Counted from the first letter of the stretch, positions 1 to 9,346 are shown. The stretch: 64,000 bases of DNA from Oscillospiraceae bacterium (GCA_017518225.1 JAFWVV010000038.1:981-64980); one strand, 5' to 3'. Notes: generated by a model not told the origin, from the sequence alone. Numbers and translations are program-made.

Positions 1-482
1 CCGGTCTCGATCGCGCCGTTGGGATCCTTCACCACAACAAGGCTCTTGTCGCTCTTGACGTTGCTGGTGATGGAGCCTGCGCCCATATGCGCCTTATAAC
101 CGAGAATCGAATCCCCCACATAGTTGTAATGCGGCACCTGTACCTTGTCAAACAGCACGACGTTTTTCAGCTCCGTAGAGTTGCCAACGACGGCGCCCTT
201 GCCGACAATTGCACTGCCGCGAATGAAGGCGCAGTGGCGCACCTCAGCGCCGTGGTCGATGATGCAGGGCGCGCCGATATAGGCGGAGGGAAAGACCTTC
301 GCGTCGCGGGCGATCCACACGCCCTCGGCGGGATGGTCGAACTCCTCCTCGCTCAGGCTCGCGCCCAACTGCAAGATAAAGTCGCTGATATCCGCAAGAG
401 CCTCCCAGGGATAGCGCTTGCCCTCGAAGAGCTTGGCGGCTATGGTTTTGTCCAGATCGAACAGTTCTCTGATTTCCGTCAT
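1..482 (-). CDS. hexapeptide-repeat (left-handed beta-helix) transferase-like protein; C-terminus runs off the window
   Basis: Own translation from ATG 482-480: MTEIRELFDLDKTIAAKLFEGKRYPWEAL...SAYIGAPCIIDHGAEVRHCAFIRGSAIVGKGAVVGNSTELKNVVLFDKVQV, showing imperfect [LIV]-G-x4 hexads. The start lies 1 nt after the glmM stop (484-486). It is absent from the ORF track because no stop lies inside the window. Confidence 0.6.
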   Translation of the reverse strand, partial: MTEIRELFDLDKTIAAKLFEGKRYPWEALADISDFILQLGASLSEEEFDHPAEGVWIARDAKVFPSAYIGAPCIIDHGAEVRHCAFIRGSAIVGKGAVVGNSTELKNVVLFDKVQVPHYNYVGDSILGYKAHMGAGSITSNVKSDKSLVVVKDPNGAIET

Positions 483-483
483 C

Positions 484-1833
484 TTACTTCACCCGAATCA
501 GCTTTCCCGCCTGACGCATCGCGTCAATGATGGCGTCCACCTTCTCCTCACACAGCGCAAGGCTTGCCGCTTCGCTCATCACGCGCAGCAAGGGCTCCGT
601 GCCGCTCTTACGCAACAGGATGCGCCCCTCGTCGCCCAACTCATTCTCGGCTTTTTTGACCGCAGATTGAACCTCCGGGCAGTTTAGCGTCTCGTCCTTG
701 TCGGTGACGATGACGTTTTTCAGAATCTGGGGATACATGGTCATGCCGGACTTCAGCTCAGCCAGCCCCATTTTGCTCTCCAGCACGACCTCCATCATCT
801 TGATCGCCGTCAGAAGACCGTCGCCGGTGTTCGCAAGACGCCCGAAGATGATGTGTCCGGACTGCTCGCCGCCGAGCAAATGCCCGTTGGCGCGCATGTT
901 CTCCGCCACGTACTTATCGCCTACTGCGGTCTTTTCGTAACCGATCCCCAGCTTATCCAAAGCCTTATAAAGACCCATATTCGACATCACCGTCGTGACA
1001 ACCTTGGAGTTTTCCAAACGACCGCGCTCTTTGAGATACTTGGCATAGATGTACATGATGTGATCGCCGTTGACAATCTCACCGTGCTCGTCCACCGCGA
1101 GGCAGCGATCCGCGTCGCCGTCAAAAGCAAAGCCAAGATCCAGCCCCTGCTCCACGACCAGCTTTTGGAGATTGCCCAGATGGGTGGAGCCGCAATCGAC
1201 GTTGATGTTCAAACCGTCCGGGCGGTTGCCGATCACGTAGGTGTCCGCGCCCAGCGCGTCAAAAATGCTTTTGGCCATCATCCAGGTGCTGCCGTTGGCG
1301 CAGTCGAGACCGATCTTCATGCCCTTGTAAGAGCGCGTCGCCAGCGAAATCAGATAGCCGATATAGCGGTTGCGTCCGGCCGCATAGTCCACCGTGCAGC
1401 CGATCTCCGCACCGGTGGCAGAGGGCAGCTTGTCGCCGCTGTCCAGGAAGGCCTCAATGCCGTCCAGTACGCTCTCTTCCATCTTTTCACCCTCGGCATT
1501 GAGCAGCTTGATACCGTTATCGCCATAGGGGTTGTGACTGGCTGAAATCATAATGCCGCAATCGAAGTCATCCGCGCGCGTCACAAAAGAGACGCTGGGC
1601 GTGGAAGTGACGTGCAGCAGATACGCGTCGGCGCCCGAAGCGGTCAGACCGGCACAAAGCGCAGACTCGAACATATAGCTGGAGCGGCGCGTATCCTTGC
1701 CGATGACGACCTTGGCGCGGTGGTCGCGTCCATAGTACCAGCCGAGATAGCGGCCAATCCGGAACGCATGATCAACGGTGAGATCCTTGCCGGCCTCACC
1801 GCGAAAACCGTCTGTACCAAAGTATTTGCCCAT
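484..1833 (-). CDS. glmM: phosphoglucosamine mutase
   Basis: 449-aa ORF with a GTDGFRG N-terminus and the phosphoserine loop SASHNPYGDNGIK. An AAGGAGG SD precedes ATG 1833. Confidence 0.95.
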   Translation of the reverse strand: MGKYFGTDGFRGEAGKDLTVDHAFRIGRYLGWYYGRDHRAKVVIGKDTRRSSYMFESALCAGLTASGADAYLLHVTSTPSVSFVTRADDFDCGIMISASHNPYGDNGIKLLNAEGEKMEESVLDGIEAFLDSGDKLPSATGAEIGCTVDYAAGRNRYIGYLISLATRSYKGMKIGLDCANGSTWMMAKSIFDALGADTYVIGNRPDGLNINVDCGSTHLGNLQKLVVEQGLDLGFAFDGDADRCLAVDEHGEIVNGDHIMYIYAKYLKERGRLENSKVVTTVMSNMGLYKALDKLGIGYEKTAVGDKYVAENMRANGHLLGGEQSGHIIFGRLANTGDGLLTAIKMMEVVLESKMGLAELKSGMTMYPQILKNVIVTDKDETLNCPEVQSAVKKAENELGDEGRILLRKSGTEPLLRVMSEAASLALCEEKVDAIIDAMRQAGKLIRVK

Positions 1834-1851
1834 AATTTACCTCCTTCGTTG

Positions 1852-2559
1852 TCAGGAAAAGGCCTTGGAAGCCGCAGCCTTGTCCAGGTATATGCAAACA
1901 TCCGGCGGCAGCTGTAGAAAAGCCGCAGGAACGATGCTGTCTGTTCTTGCATAGAGCATGCGGAAAACACTCTCCGCGCGCTCCTCCCCCAGCGCAATCA
2001 CAGCAATTTGCCGGGCGGATACCAATCCGCTCACACCTATGGTCAAGCCATAGGCGTCCATCGACGCCTCTTCGCCAAAAACATCCGCAAAGGCCTGTTT
2101 TGTCGTATGCGTCAGTTTCTGGCGATGCGTCATGCTGTCGTAGGGCGTCGCCGGCTCGTTCAGGCCGATCTGTCCGCGCGCGCCAAGCCCTAAAATCACC
2201 AAATCCAGACCGCCCCCGGCGGCGATTTGTTCGTCGTACATTTCCATTCCCGCCGCCGTGAGGAAGCTGCTTCTGTGCAATTGCGGATCGGCAAAAGACA
2301 AAAAGTGCTCAAACAAACGATGTTGGCAGTTCTTCTGCGCTCCCGGCGCAAGGTCTTCAAATTCTTCCACGGCGAAAAAGCGTGCCTTGGCAAAGATCGA
2401 GGCGCTTGCCGCCTCGTCGCGGATCACATCATACAAGGTCAGGCAGTCCTGATACGCCGACAGCGCGATCCGGGCGTCCGGCTTTTGCCGCACCAGCGCC
2501 AAGACCTCCTTTGCCGCAAGACGCAAAATCGCCTCCTGTGTATCTACGCGCGTCTTCAT
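1852..2559 (-). CDS. glucosamine-6-phosphate deaminase/6-phosphogluconolactonase-fold (NagB-like) protein, divergent active site
   Basis: Start moved to Met17 of the track ORF (ATG 2559, AGGTG SD). NagB-like segment DLVILGLGARGQIGLNEP. Lies 18 nt upstream of glmM on the same strand. Confidence 0.7.
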   Translation of the reverse strand: MKTRVDTQEAILRLAAKEVLALVRQKPDARIALSAYQDCLTLYDVIRDEAASASIFAKARFFAVEEFEDLAPGAQKNCQHRLFEHFLSFADPQLHRSSFLTAAGMEMYDEQIAAGGGLDLVILGLGARGQIGLNEPATPYDSMTHRQKLTHTTKQAFADVFGEEASMDAYGLTIGVSGLVSARQIAVIALGEERAESVFRMLYARTDSIVPAAFLQLPPDVCIYLDKAAASKAFS

Positions 2560-2628
2560 ATCCCGCACCTGCCTTTTCGCGCATCTTTCCGCCCGTTTCG
2601 GGCACACTAAGCCCAGAGGTGGAAAGTC

Positions 2629-3309
2629 ATGGCAATCGTATTCTTACGAACCCTAATCGTCTATATTTCTCTTCTCATCACGCTGCGCCTGATGGGCAAG
2701 CGCCAGCTGGGAGAAATGGAGCTGTCCGAATTCGTCGTCGCGGCACTGATTGCGGATCTTGCCGCACACCCGCTGCAGGATATCGGCATTCCGATGATCA
2801 ACGGGCTGATCCCGATCATCACGCTCTTTTGCTGTGAGCTGCTGATTTCAGGCTTGACAATGAAAAACCTCCGTCTGCGGACGCTGTTTTTCGGAGAGCC
2901 CAGTCTCTTGATCGAAAACGGTCAGATCAAGCAGCGGGAGATGCAAAAAAATCGCTTCACGCTTGACGAACTGCTGGAGGAGATGCGCGCGCAGGGCGCG
3001 ACAGACCTCGCCAAAGTCCACACCGCAATTTTAGAGACCGACGGGCGCTTAAATATCGTGCTCAAAAGCACGGAGCTGCCGGTGACAGCAGGGATGCTCA
3101 ATCTCGCCGTGCCGCAGAGCAGCCCTCCGGAAGTGCTCGTCAATGACGGGCGAATTATAGAGGACGGCCTTCGTCGCTGCGGCTTGAATCTTCCCTGGCT
3201 GGAAACAAAGCTCAAAGAACTGGGCGTCCAAAGCGCCTCTGAACTCTTTGTGCTGACAGTCAACAGCAAAAACGAAATCTATTATGCCAAAAAGGAGGCC
3301 AAGTTATGA
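2629..3309 (+). CDS. DUF421 (YetF-like) membrane protein
   Basis: N-terminus MAIVFLRTLIVYISLLITLRLMGKRQLGEMELSEFVV is typical of the DUF421/YetF family. A GAGGTGG SD is present. Confidence 0.8.
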   Translation: MAIVFLRTLIVYISLLITLRLMGKRQLGEMELSEFVVAALIADLAAHPLQDIGIPMINGLIPIITLFCCELLISGLTMKNLRLRTLFFGEPSLLIENGQIKQREMQKNRFTLDELLEEMRAQGATDLAKVHTAILETDGRLNIVLKSTELPVTAGMLNLAVPQSSPPEVLVNDGRIIEDGLRRCGLNLPWLETKLKELGVQSASELFVLTVNSKNEIYYAKKEAKL

Positions 3310-3686
3310 CGCGGGAAATCGCAGCCGGACTTGTTCTGGCCTTGCTTCTGGCCGCCTCGCTGGGCAATATTGCCCATCTGGACAAGCTGATCGGTCAGAT
3401 TGAGGAGGATCTCCTTCAGTCTGAGGCCTATGCCGAGGCGGGCGACTATGACGCGGCACTGGATGCACTGGATCAGGCCCTTCAATGCTGGCTGGCCGCC
3501 GACGGCTATACGCATGTCTTCATCCGGCACCCGGAGATCGACAGCAGCAGCGACGCTTTTTACGAGCTGCGACAGCTGCTGTCCGAGCGAAATGCCGAGG
3601 GCATCCCGTCGGCATTTCAAAAGCTACGCTATCATCTGCACAGCATTGACGAAATGGAACACGTCCGTCTGGGCAGCGTGCTGTGA
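3306..3686 (+). CDS. DUF4363-like small membrane-anchored protein
   Basis: 126 aa with an N-terminal TM helix. A 4-nt ATGA overlap with the DUF421 gene matches the usual DUF421/DUF4363 pairing. Confidence 0.65.
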   Translation: MTREIAAGLVLALLLAASLGNIAHLDKLIGQIEEDLLQSEAYAEAGDYDAALDALDQALQCWLAADGYTHVFIRHPEIDSSSDAFYELRQLLSERNAEGIPSAFQKLRYHLHSIDEMEHVRLGSVL

Positions 3687-4142
3687 TTATTTGTCGCTGA
3701 GAAGCTTGGTCAGCTCCTCCATGAAGGTATTGATATCTTTAAAGCTGCGGTAAACGGAGGCAAAGCGCACGTATGCGACCTCATCCACCTCGCGGATACG
3801 GCTCATGACCATTTCGCCAATCTCTACGGTGCTGACCTCGCGCTCCAGATGGCTTTGCAGCTCCTGCTCAATTTCATCGGCAATCGCCTCCAGCTGAGCC
3901 AGGGTCACCGGGCGTTTTTCACAGGCGCGCACCATGCCGTTAATGAGCTTCACACGATCAAAGGACTGACGGCTGCCGTCGCGCTTAATGACAACCAGCG
4001 GCATTCGCTCAATGATTTCATAGGTGGTAAAACGCTTCTGACAGGCCAGACACTCGCGGCGGCGGCGAATGGTCGCCCCCTCCTCGGCCGGCCGGGAATC
4101 AATCACTTTGCTTTCGGAATACGCGCAGAACGGACACTTCAT
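3687..4142 (-). CDS. nrdR: transcriptional repressor NrdR
   Basis: [18 protein letters not shown]...[12 protein letters not shown] zinc ribbon followed by an ATP-cone; 151 aa. Confidence 0.95.
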   Translation of the reverse strand: MKCPFCAYSESKVIDSRPAEEGATIRRRRECLACQKRFTTYEIIERMPLVVIKRDGSRQSFDRVKLINGMVRACEKRPVTLAQLEAIADEIEQELQSHLEREVSTVEIGEMVMSRIREVDEVAYVRFASVYRSFKDINTFMEELTKLLSDK

Positions 4143-4242
4143 GAAACCATCTCTCCCACATATATATTGATACGCGCAGTATTATATCACAAGCAATAGT
4201 CAATTTCCAGAAAAAATCTTCAAACTCGACCTGTTTTTTTGG

Positions 4243-4401
4243 GTAAACGATGATTCAATCGGCAAGAGCAGATTCCGAGAAAATCTGAGTTCTGATGCAG
4301 GCAGTTTTTCGCAGGTATACTTTGTGTATTGTAAGAAAAAGTGACAAAATCAGAGCGCAGATTTCCCGGAAGATGCCGAAGTCGTTTTCATCAGCGTTTA
4401 C
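4243..4401. repeat. tandem pair of diverged ~72-78-nt palindromic elements (copy A1 4243-4320, copy A2 4331-4401)
   Basis: GTAAACGATGATTCAATCGGCAAGAGCAGATTCCG... and ...CAGAGCGCAGATTTCCCGGAAGATGCCGAAGTCGTTTTCATCAGCGTTTAC match the single copy at 26333-26402. The termini GTAAACGATGAT / ATCAGCGTTTAC are inverted repeats. Confidence 0.8.
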
Positions 4402-5676
4402 TTAACGATTGAGAAGCACCGCAGCGGCGGAGCCGGGCAGCGTGGTCTCCTCGCCCACCTGATAGCGCAGATGCCGTCCCAGCGCCTGTGCGCCCTCCGC
4501 CAAAAGCCGTTCCAGAACCGGGCGATAATAGCGCCCTTTCTGCACCAGCGAGCCCTCTGCACAGATCAAAACCGGCTTTTCTTCCGTCTCACCCTCTCCG
4601 GTCAGCAGCAAGATCGCCAGCAAATTGACGCACATCGCACGCGCGGAACGCTCAAAAAGCTGCTGCGCCACAGTCTCCAGCACCAGGCGATCCTCTTCGC
4701 TCGCCCGGTTCGGATATCCCTCGCCGCAGGCCCAGGCGTCCAGCTTCGCAGCGTCAAAGCGTCCAAGGGCGCAAACGTCCTCCCACGCTGTCGCTGAAAG
4801 CAGTCCCTGTGCCGCCATGTGCTCCAAAATCAAACGCGCCAGTTCCCCGAGATAGCCCCCGGCAGTCAGCTTTTCCAGATGTTTTTTTCCGGGATTGTTG
4901 CTGTTATCATCCAGCCTGCGGTCAAAATCGCCGCGCGGCAGACCGTCGTACAGCCCGGACTCCAAATTGACGAGCACGCGATCGTCGTCATCGCAGCCCA
5001 GCTTTCCGATCCGGCGCAGCGGCAGCACGCAGCAGGTATTCGTTCCCGTGCCGCTCACCTGTCCGATCAGGCCGCTGTACGCACACTTCTCCCCCGTAGC
5101 CAGGCCGCCCAGCAAAACTGCCGCCGTATCATTGAGCACGACAACGCGTTTGTTCGGATAGCCCCGACGGGCAAGCTCCTCTTTCAGAGACTGTCCAACC
5201 AGCTTACCCTCCGCCCCGCGGATGACAACCTCCTTGTCGATGCGGATCACTCTGCCGTCGATTTCCGGGGTGATTTCCGCCGAATAGGAAAAGCAAAAAC
5301 CAATATCCTCCGCCTCCGGCAGCAGCGGCTCGAGCGCGTCGGCCACAAAGCCGATCAGTTCATCCCAGCTTGCCGGCTTTTCAACACCCGGCATTTTCTT
5401 CTTGACCAGCCGGGAAACGCTTGCGCCCTGTCCGTCAAAGCGCACCAGCGCCGTGCGGAAATTTGTTCCTCCCGCGTCAATGACAATCGCCTTTGCGCCG
5501 TCAGCCACGTGACCGTCCGTGCGCAAATAGCACGGGATCATGGGAATTTCAGCATCGGCGCAGGCCAGACCGGCCTCCATCGCATGCGCCATTTTTACCG
5601 CCTCCGGCAAAACCTCGATTCGTGCCGCGTCCATCCCGGATTGCGTCAACGATAATAGTATCTGTTCTCTGTTCAC
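4402..5676 (-). CDS. hexokinase-family sugar kinase
   Basis: Motifs IDAGGTNFR, VVLNDTAAVLLG, SGTGTNTC and NNPGKKHLEKLTAGGYLGEL match eukaryote-type hexokinase signatures. The track start 5685 is a GTG that overlaps the SD GAGGTG. I prefer the GTG at 5676, 6 nt after that SD. Confidence 0.8.
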   Translation of the reverse strand: MNREQILLSLTQSGMDAARIEVLPEAVKMAHAMEAGLACADAEIPMIPCYLRTDGHVADGAKAIVIDAGGTNFRTALVRFDGQGASVSRLVKKKMPGVEKPASWDELIGFVADALEPLLPEAEDIGFCFSYSAEITPEIDGRVIRIDKEVVIRGAEGKLVGQSLKEELARRGYPNKRVVVLNDTAAVLLGGLATGEKCAYSGLIGQVSGTGTNTCCVLPLRRIGKLGCDDDDRVLVNLESGLYDGLPRGDFDRRLDDNSNNPGKKHLEKLTAGGYLGELARLILEHMAAQGLLSATAWEDVCALGRFDAAKLDAWACGEGYPNRASEEDRLVLETVAQQLFERSARAMCVNLLAILLLTGEGETEEKPVLICAEGSLVQKGRYYRPVLERLLAEGAQALGRHLRYQVGEETTLPGSAAAVLLNR

Positions 5677-5835
5677 AACAAGCACCTCGCAAAAACAGCT
5701 TGAAACGCAAAACGGAAACTTTCAAAAAAGTTCCCGTTTTGCATGGATTATACGCAGAGAGCAGGCTCCCGCCCCCCTCTCTGCACTCTCCCCCTGCAGA
5801 GCTTTCCCTTGCCGCATGATTTCGTCAACAATCCG

Positions 5836-5862
5836 AAAAAGGGTTGCATTGCAACCCTTTTT
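5836..5862 (-). terminator. hairpin terminator after the NfeD-SPFH operon (bidirectional shape)
   Basis: AAAAAGGGTTGC-ATT-GCAACCCTTTTT lies 19 nt past the SPFH stop. Confidence 0.7.
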
Positions 5863-5880
5863 CTTCGCTATAAAGGCTGT

Positions 5881-6783
5881 TTATTTCTCTTCCTTGACCG
5901 CCTCAAACACGCCCTGCGCCAAACCGGCAATGCCCGCGATCTCGCTGGGGATGATGATCTTGGTAGACTTGCCGTCAGCCGCAGCGGTAAAGGCCTCAAG
6001 CGCCTTGAGCTTGATAACCGCCTCCGTGGGGCAGGCCTCGTTGATGCGGCGGATGCCTTCTGCCGTCGCCGTCTGCACCTTCAGAATGGCCTCAGCTTCG
6101 CCCTCGGCTTCGAGGATCTGCTGCTGCTTCTTGGCGTCAGCACGCAGGATGGCAGATTCCTTCTCACCTTCGGCCTCAAGAATCGCGGCGCGCTTTTCAC
6201 CCTCGGCGCGCAGGATCGCCTCACGGCGCTCACGCTCGGCCTTCATCTGCTTCTCCATCGCGTTCTGGATCTCTTTCGGAGGCAGGATGTTCTTCAGCTC
6301 GACGCGGTTGACCTTGATGCCCCAGGGGTCGGTCGCCTCGTCGAGGATGGCGCGCATCTTGGTGTTGATGATGTCACGGCTGGTCAGACACTGGTCCAGT
6401 TCCAGATCACCGATGATGTTACGCAGCGTGGTTGCAGCCAGCTTTTCGATGGCAACCATGGGCTGCTCGATACCGTAGGTGTAGAGCTTCGGGTCGGTAA
6501 TCTCAAAGTAGATGACCGTGTCGATCTGCATGGTGACGTTATCCTTTGTGATAACGGGCTGAGGCGGGAAGTCGGCCACCTGCTCCTTGAGGGAGACGAC
6601 CTTCGCCACACGCTCAATGAAAGGTACCTTCAGGTGGATACCGGTGTGCCAGGTTGTTTTGTACGCGCCGAGACGCTCGATGACGTAGGCTCTCGCCTGC
6701 TGGACAACGCGGATATTGCGGGCAATGACAAGAACGATCAAAACAAACAAGCCAATGAGAAAGTATTTTGCAAAGTCACTCAT
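5881..6783 (-). CDS. SPFH/band-7 (stomatin-like) protein
   Basis: N-terminal TM helix, an SPFH core and an EA-rich coiled C-terminal part (AERERREAILRAEGEKRAAILEAEGEKE). GGAGGG SD. Confidence 0.9.
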   Translation of the reverse strand: MSDFAKYFLIGLFVLIVLVIARNIRVVQQARAYVIERLGAYKTTWHTGIHLKVPFIERVAKVVSLKEQVADFPPQPVITKDNVTMQIDTVIYFEITDPKLYTYGIEQPMVAIEKLAATTLRNIIGDLELDQCLTSRDIINTKMRAILDEATDPWGIKVNRVELKNILPPKEIQNAMEKQMKAERERREAILRAEGEKRAAILEAEGEKESAILRADAKKQQQILEAEGEAEAILKVQTATAEGIRRINEACPTEAVIKLKALEAFTAAADGKSTKIIIPSEIAGIAGLAQGVFEAVKEEK

Positions 6784-6815
6784 GATATTCCCTCCAGTTT
6801 ATTTATTGTGTAAAT

Positions 6816-7259
6816 TCACTGCTGTGTGTTTTCCACCGGTTTCACGATGAGCTTGACGCCTTCAATGCGGAGAGCCCTGACAACCGATCCCTCCGGCAGG
6901 CGAACGTTCTCATCTTCGGAGCGTGCCGTCCAAACCTTGCCGCCAACAGAGACGGCGCCGCTTGCATGCAGATTGTCCACCGTTTCAACGACCACACAGT
7001 CTTTCCCGATCACAGCGTCGGCATTGGTCGGCTTGACGCGGGAATTGACGTATTTGAGCGCCAGCGGCCGCGTCAAAATGAGCGCAACAACCGATGAGAC
7101 GAGAAACAGCGCGACCTGCAGCCATACCGGTCCGCCCAACGCAGCCGAGAGCAGCGCGGGAAGCGATCCAACGGCAAACCAGATGGAGATCAGACCCGGC
7201 ACGACTGCCTCAACGATCAGAAACAGGACAAAAGCACAGATCCAGAAAATGGGTCCCAT
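6816..7259 (-). CDS. NfeD-family membrane protein (SPFH partner)
   Basis: 147 aa with 3-4 TM helices and a C-terminal OB-like soluble domain. Lies immediately upstream of the SPFH gene. AAGGAG SD. Confidence 0.8.
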   Translation of the reverse strand: MGPIFWICAFVLFLIVEAVVPGLISIWFAVGSLPALLSAALGGPVWLQVALFLVSSVVALILTRPLALKYVNSRVKPTNADAVIGKDCVVVETVDNLHASGAVSVGGKVWTARSEDENVRLPEGSVVRALRIEGVKLIVKPVENTQQ

Positions 7260-7576
7260 CCAGATTCACTCCTTTCTTGATGGTCTGAAATTATTATACC
7301 CGATGAATGACTGTGACGCAATAAAAATCGATGCGAAATTGATGAAGAAAATGTAAATCCGGCGCAGCTCTTTACAGCCGGGTGCATTTCGTGTATGATG
7401 CACATGATCATTAAAAACATCTTTTACAAAACTACTGAATCTTGTTCGATTTTTCTTAAAAAGTCACTCTCCTGTGGTCTATCGTCGATCGACCTTGCAT
7501 GTAGTCTATCATTAGTAGACCGATTTGTCAAGAGCTTTTTTCGAAATATTATACTCGCAGTTGCGGGAGGAATATT

Positions 7577-8308
7577 ATGAGCAGCTACGGACCGCTTGCC
7601 CCCTGGTACGACCGCCTGACGCAGGACGTACCCTATAGCCAGTTTGCCGATTATTACGAAGCACAATTTCAGCGCAGCGAGGGTGAGTTTCGCCTGCTGC
7701 TCGACCTTTGCTGCGGTACGGGTACGCTTACGGCGCTGATGGCGCAGCGCGGCTATGAGATGATCGCAGCGGACGCCTCGGTAGACATGCTGATGCAGGC
7801 GCGCCATAAAGCCGCCGCGCTGGACATACCGCCGCTTTTTTTGCTGCAGGATGCAGCCGAACTGGATCTCTACGGCACGGTGGACGCCGCCTACTGCTCA
7901 CTCGACGGGCTCAACTATCTGCCGCCCGACACGCTGCCAGAGGTCTTTCGGCGTTTGCACCTGTTCGTGCGCCCCGGCGGACTTTTTATCTTTGATTTGC
8001 GAACGCCGGAATACTTGCGCTCCCTTGACGGACAGGTTTTTGTCGATGAGACCGAAGAGCTTCTCTGCCTATGGCGCGCAGATTTCGACAATGCGCAGAG
8101 GGCCATTGTCTATGGTATGGATCTTTTTTCCCGGGAAAAGACACTCTGGCGGCGCAGCCGTGAAGAGCATGTGGAATACGCCCACGAGCCCCGGCAGCTT
8201 GAAGCGCTGCTGCACACGGCAGGCTTTGAGGATTTCCGATGGAGCGACAGGGCAATCAGTCCCTGTGAGGGACGGATCTTTCTCTGCTGCAAACGGAACA
8301 TCAATTAA
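7577..8308 (+). CDS. class I SAM-dependent methyltransferase
   Basis: Motif I LLDLCCGTGTLT; 243 aa; GGGAGG SD. Confidence 0.8.
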   Translation: MSSYGPLAPWYDRLTQDVPYSQFADYYEAQFQRSEGEFRLLLDLCCGTGTLTALMAQRGYEMIAADASVDMLMQARHKAAALDIPPLFLLQDAAELDLYGTVDAAYCSLDGLNYLPPDTLPEVFRRLHLFVRPGGLFIFDLRTPEYLRSLDGQVFVDETEELLCLWRADFDNAQRAIVYGMDLFSREKTLWRRSREEHVEYAHEPRQLEALLHTAGFEDFRWSDRAISPCEGRIFLCCKRNIN

Positions 8309-8318
8309 GGAGTAATAT

Positions 8319-9212
8319 ATGATGGATCAAATTCTTCGTGCAACAGCCGCAAACGGCATGATCAAAATGGCAGTTATCACAGCCCGTGACACCGTGGAGA
8401 TGGCCCGCGCCATCCACCGCTGCTCCCCCACCGCCTCCGCCGCGCTGGGACGCACGCTCTGCGGCGCTTCCCTGCTCGGGCAGGCGATGAAGGAAGACAA
8501 GGCCAGCCTCACCATCCGCATCAACGGCGGCGGGCCGATTGGCAGCGTTATTGCCGTTTCCGACCACGAGGGCTGCGTGCGCGGCTACGTGGATCATCCC
8601 GAAGTCGATCCCCCGCGGCGCGCGGACGGCAAGCTGAACGTCGGCGCCGCCGTCGGCCGCGACGGGCTTTTGACCGTCAGCCGTGATATCGGTCTCAAGG
8701 AGCCCTATATCGGCTCGGTTGAGCTTGTCAGCGGCGAGATTGCAGAGGATTTGACGCGCTATCTGCTTTCGAGCGATCAGGTCGCATCGGCCTGCGCGCT
8801 GGGTGTTCTTGTCGACACAGACGCCAGCATCAAAGCGGCCGGCGGTTTTCTCGTGCAGCTGATGCCGGGTGCGGAAGAGACGCTGATCGACACCTTGGAA
8901 CAAAACATCTTTCTGATGGATCAGCTCACCGTTATTCTGGATGAAGACGGCGCGGAGGAGATCTTCCGGCAGGTGCTCAAGGGCCTGGAGTATCACATCG
9001 TCGAGCGCGCTCCCATTTCCTACCGCTGTGCCTGCAGCCGTGAGCGCGTCGAGCAGGCGCTATCCGTCATCGAGCCGGAGGAGCTGCTGGACATGATCGG
9101 TGAGGATAAGGTGCTGGAAATTGGCTGCCAGTTCTGCGACAAGAAATACCGCGTCACTCCGGACGACCTGCGCTGCATTCTTGCACAACGCGCGGAAAAT
9201 GTGGAGGAATAA
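8319..9212 (+). CDS. hslO: redox-regulated chaperone Hsp33
   Basis: 297 aa with the C-terminal zinc centre CACSRE...CQFCDKKY. Confidence 0.93.
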   Translation: MMDQILRATAANGMIKMAVITARDTVEMARAIHRCSPTASAALGRTLCGASLLGQAMKEDKASLTIRINGGGPIGSVIAVSDHEGCVRGYVDHPEVDPPRRADGKLNVGAAVGRDGLLTVSRDIGLKEPYIGSVELVSGEIAEDLTRYLLSSDQVASACALGVLVDTDASIKAAGGFLVQLMPGAEETLIDTLEQNIFLMDQLTVILDEDGAEEIFRQVLKGLEYHIVERAPISYRCACSRERVEQALSVIEPEELLDMIGEDKVLEIGCQFCDKKYRVTPDDLRCILAQRAENVEE

Positions 9213-9223
9213 AAAATTAACTG

Positions 9224-9252
9224 TTGACAAATCAGAAAGCCAATGGTATAGT
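9224..9252 (+). promoter_or_regulatory. sigma-A-like promoter of the tRNA cluster
   Basis: TTGACA (9224-9229), 17-nt spacer, TATAGT (9247-9252); 17 nt upstream of tRNA-Val. Confidence 0.6.
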
Positions 9253-9269
9253 AACAGAGCTGTCGAGTT

Positions 9270-9346
9270 GGGAGCATAGCTCAGCTGGTTAGAGCACCTG
9301 CCTTACAAGCAGGGGGTCACTGGTTCGAGTCCAGTTGTTCCCACCA
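9270..9346 (+). tRNA. tRNA-Val (anticodon TAC)
   Basis: Cloverleaf read by eye: acceptor GGGAGCA/TGTTCCC, anticodon loop CTTACAA, T-loop TTCGAGT, encoded CCA. Confidence 0.9.

Noticed and set aside
7476-7522. Dyad and direct repeats just upstream of the methyltransferase-hslO promoter: a perfect palindrome GTCGATCGAC, two GTCTATC repeats, and GTCTA-N7-TAGAC
   Set aside because: The motifs are short and do not match the operators I know for heat-shock or oxidative-stress regulators (CIRCE, the CtsR heptad repeat, the PerR box). It may be a regulator site, but that cannot be supported from sequence alone.
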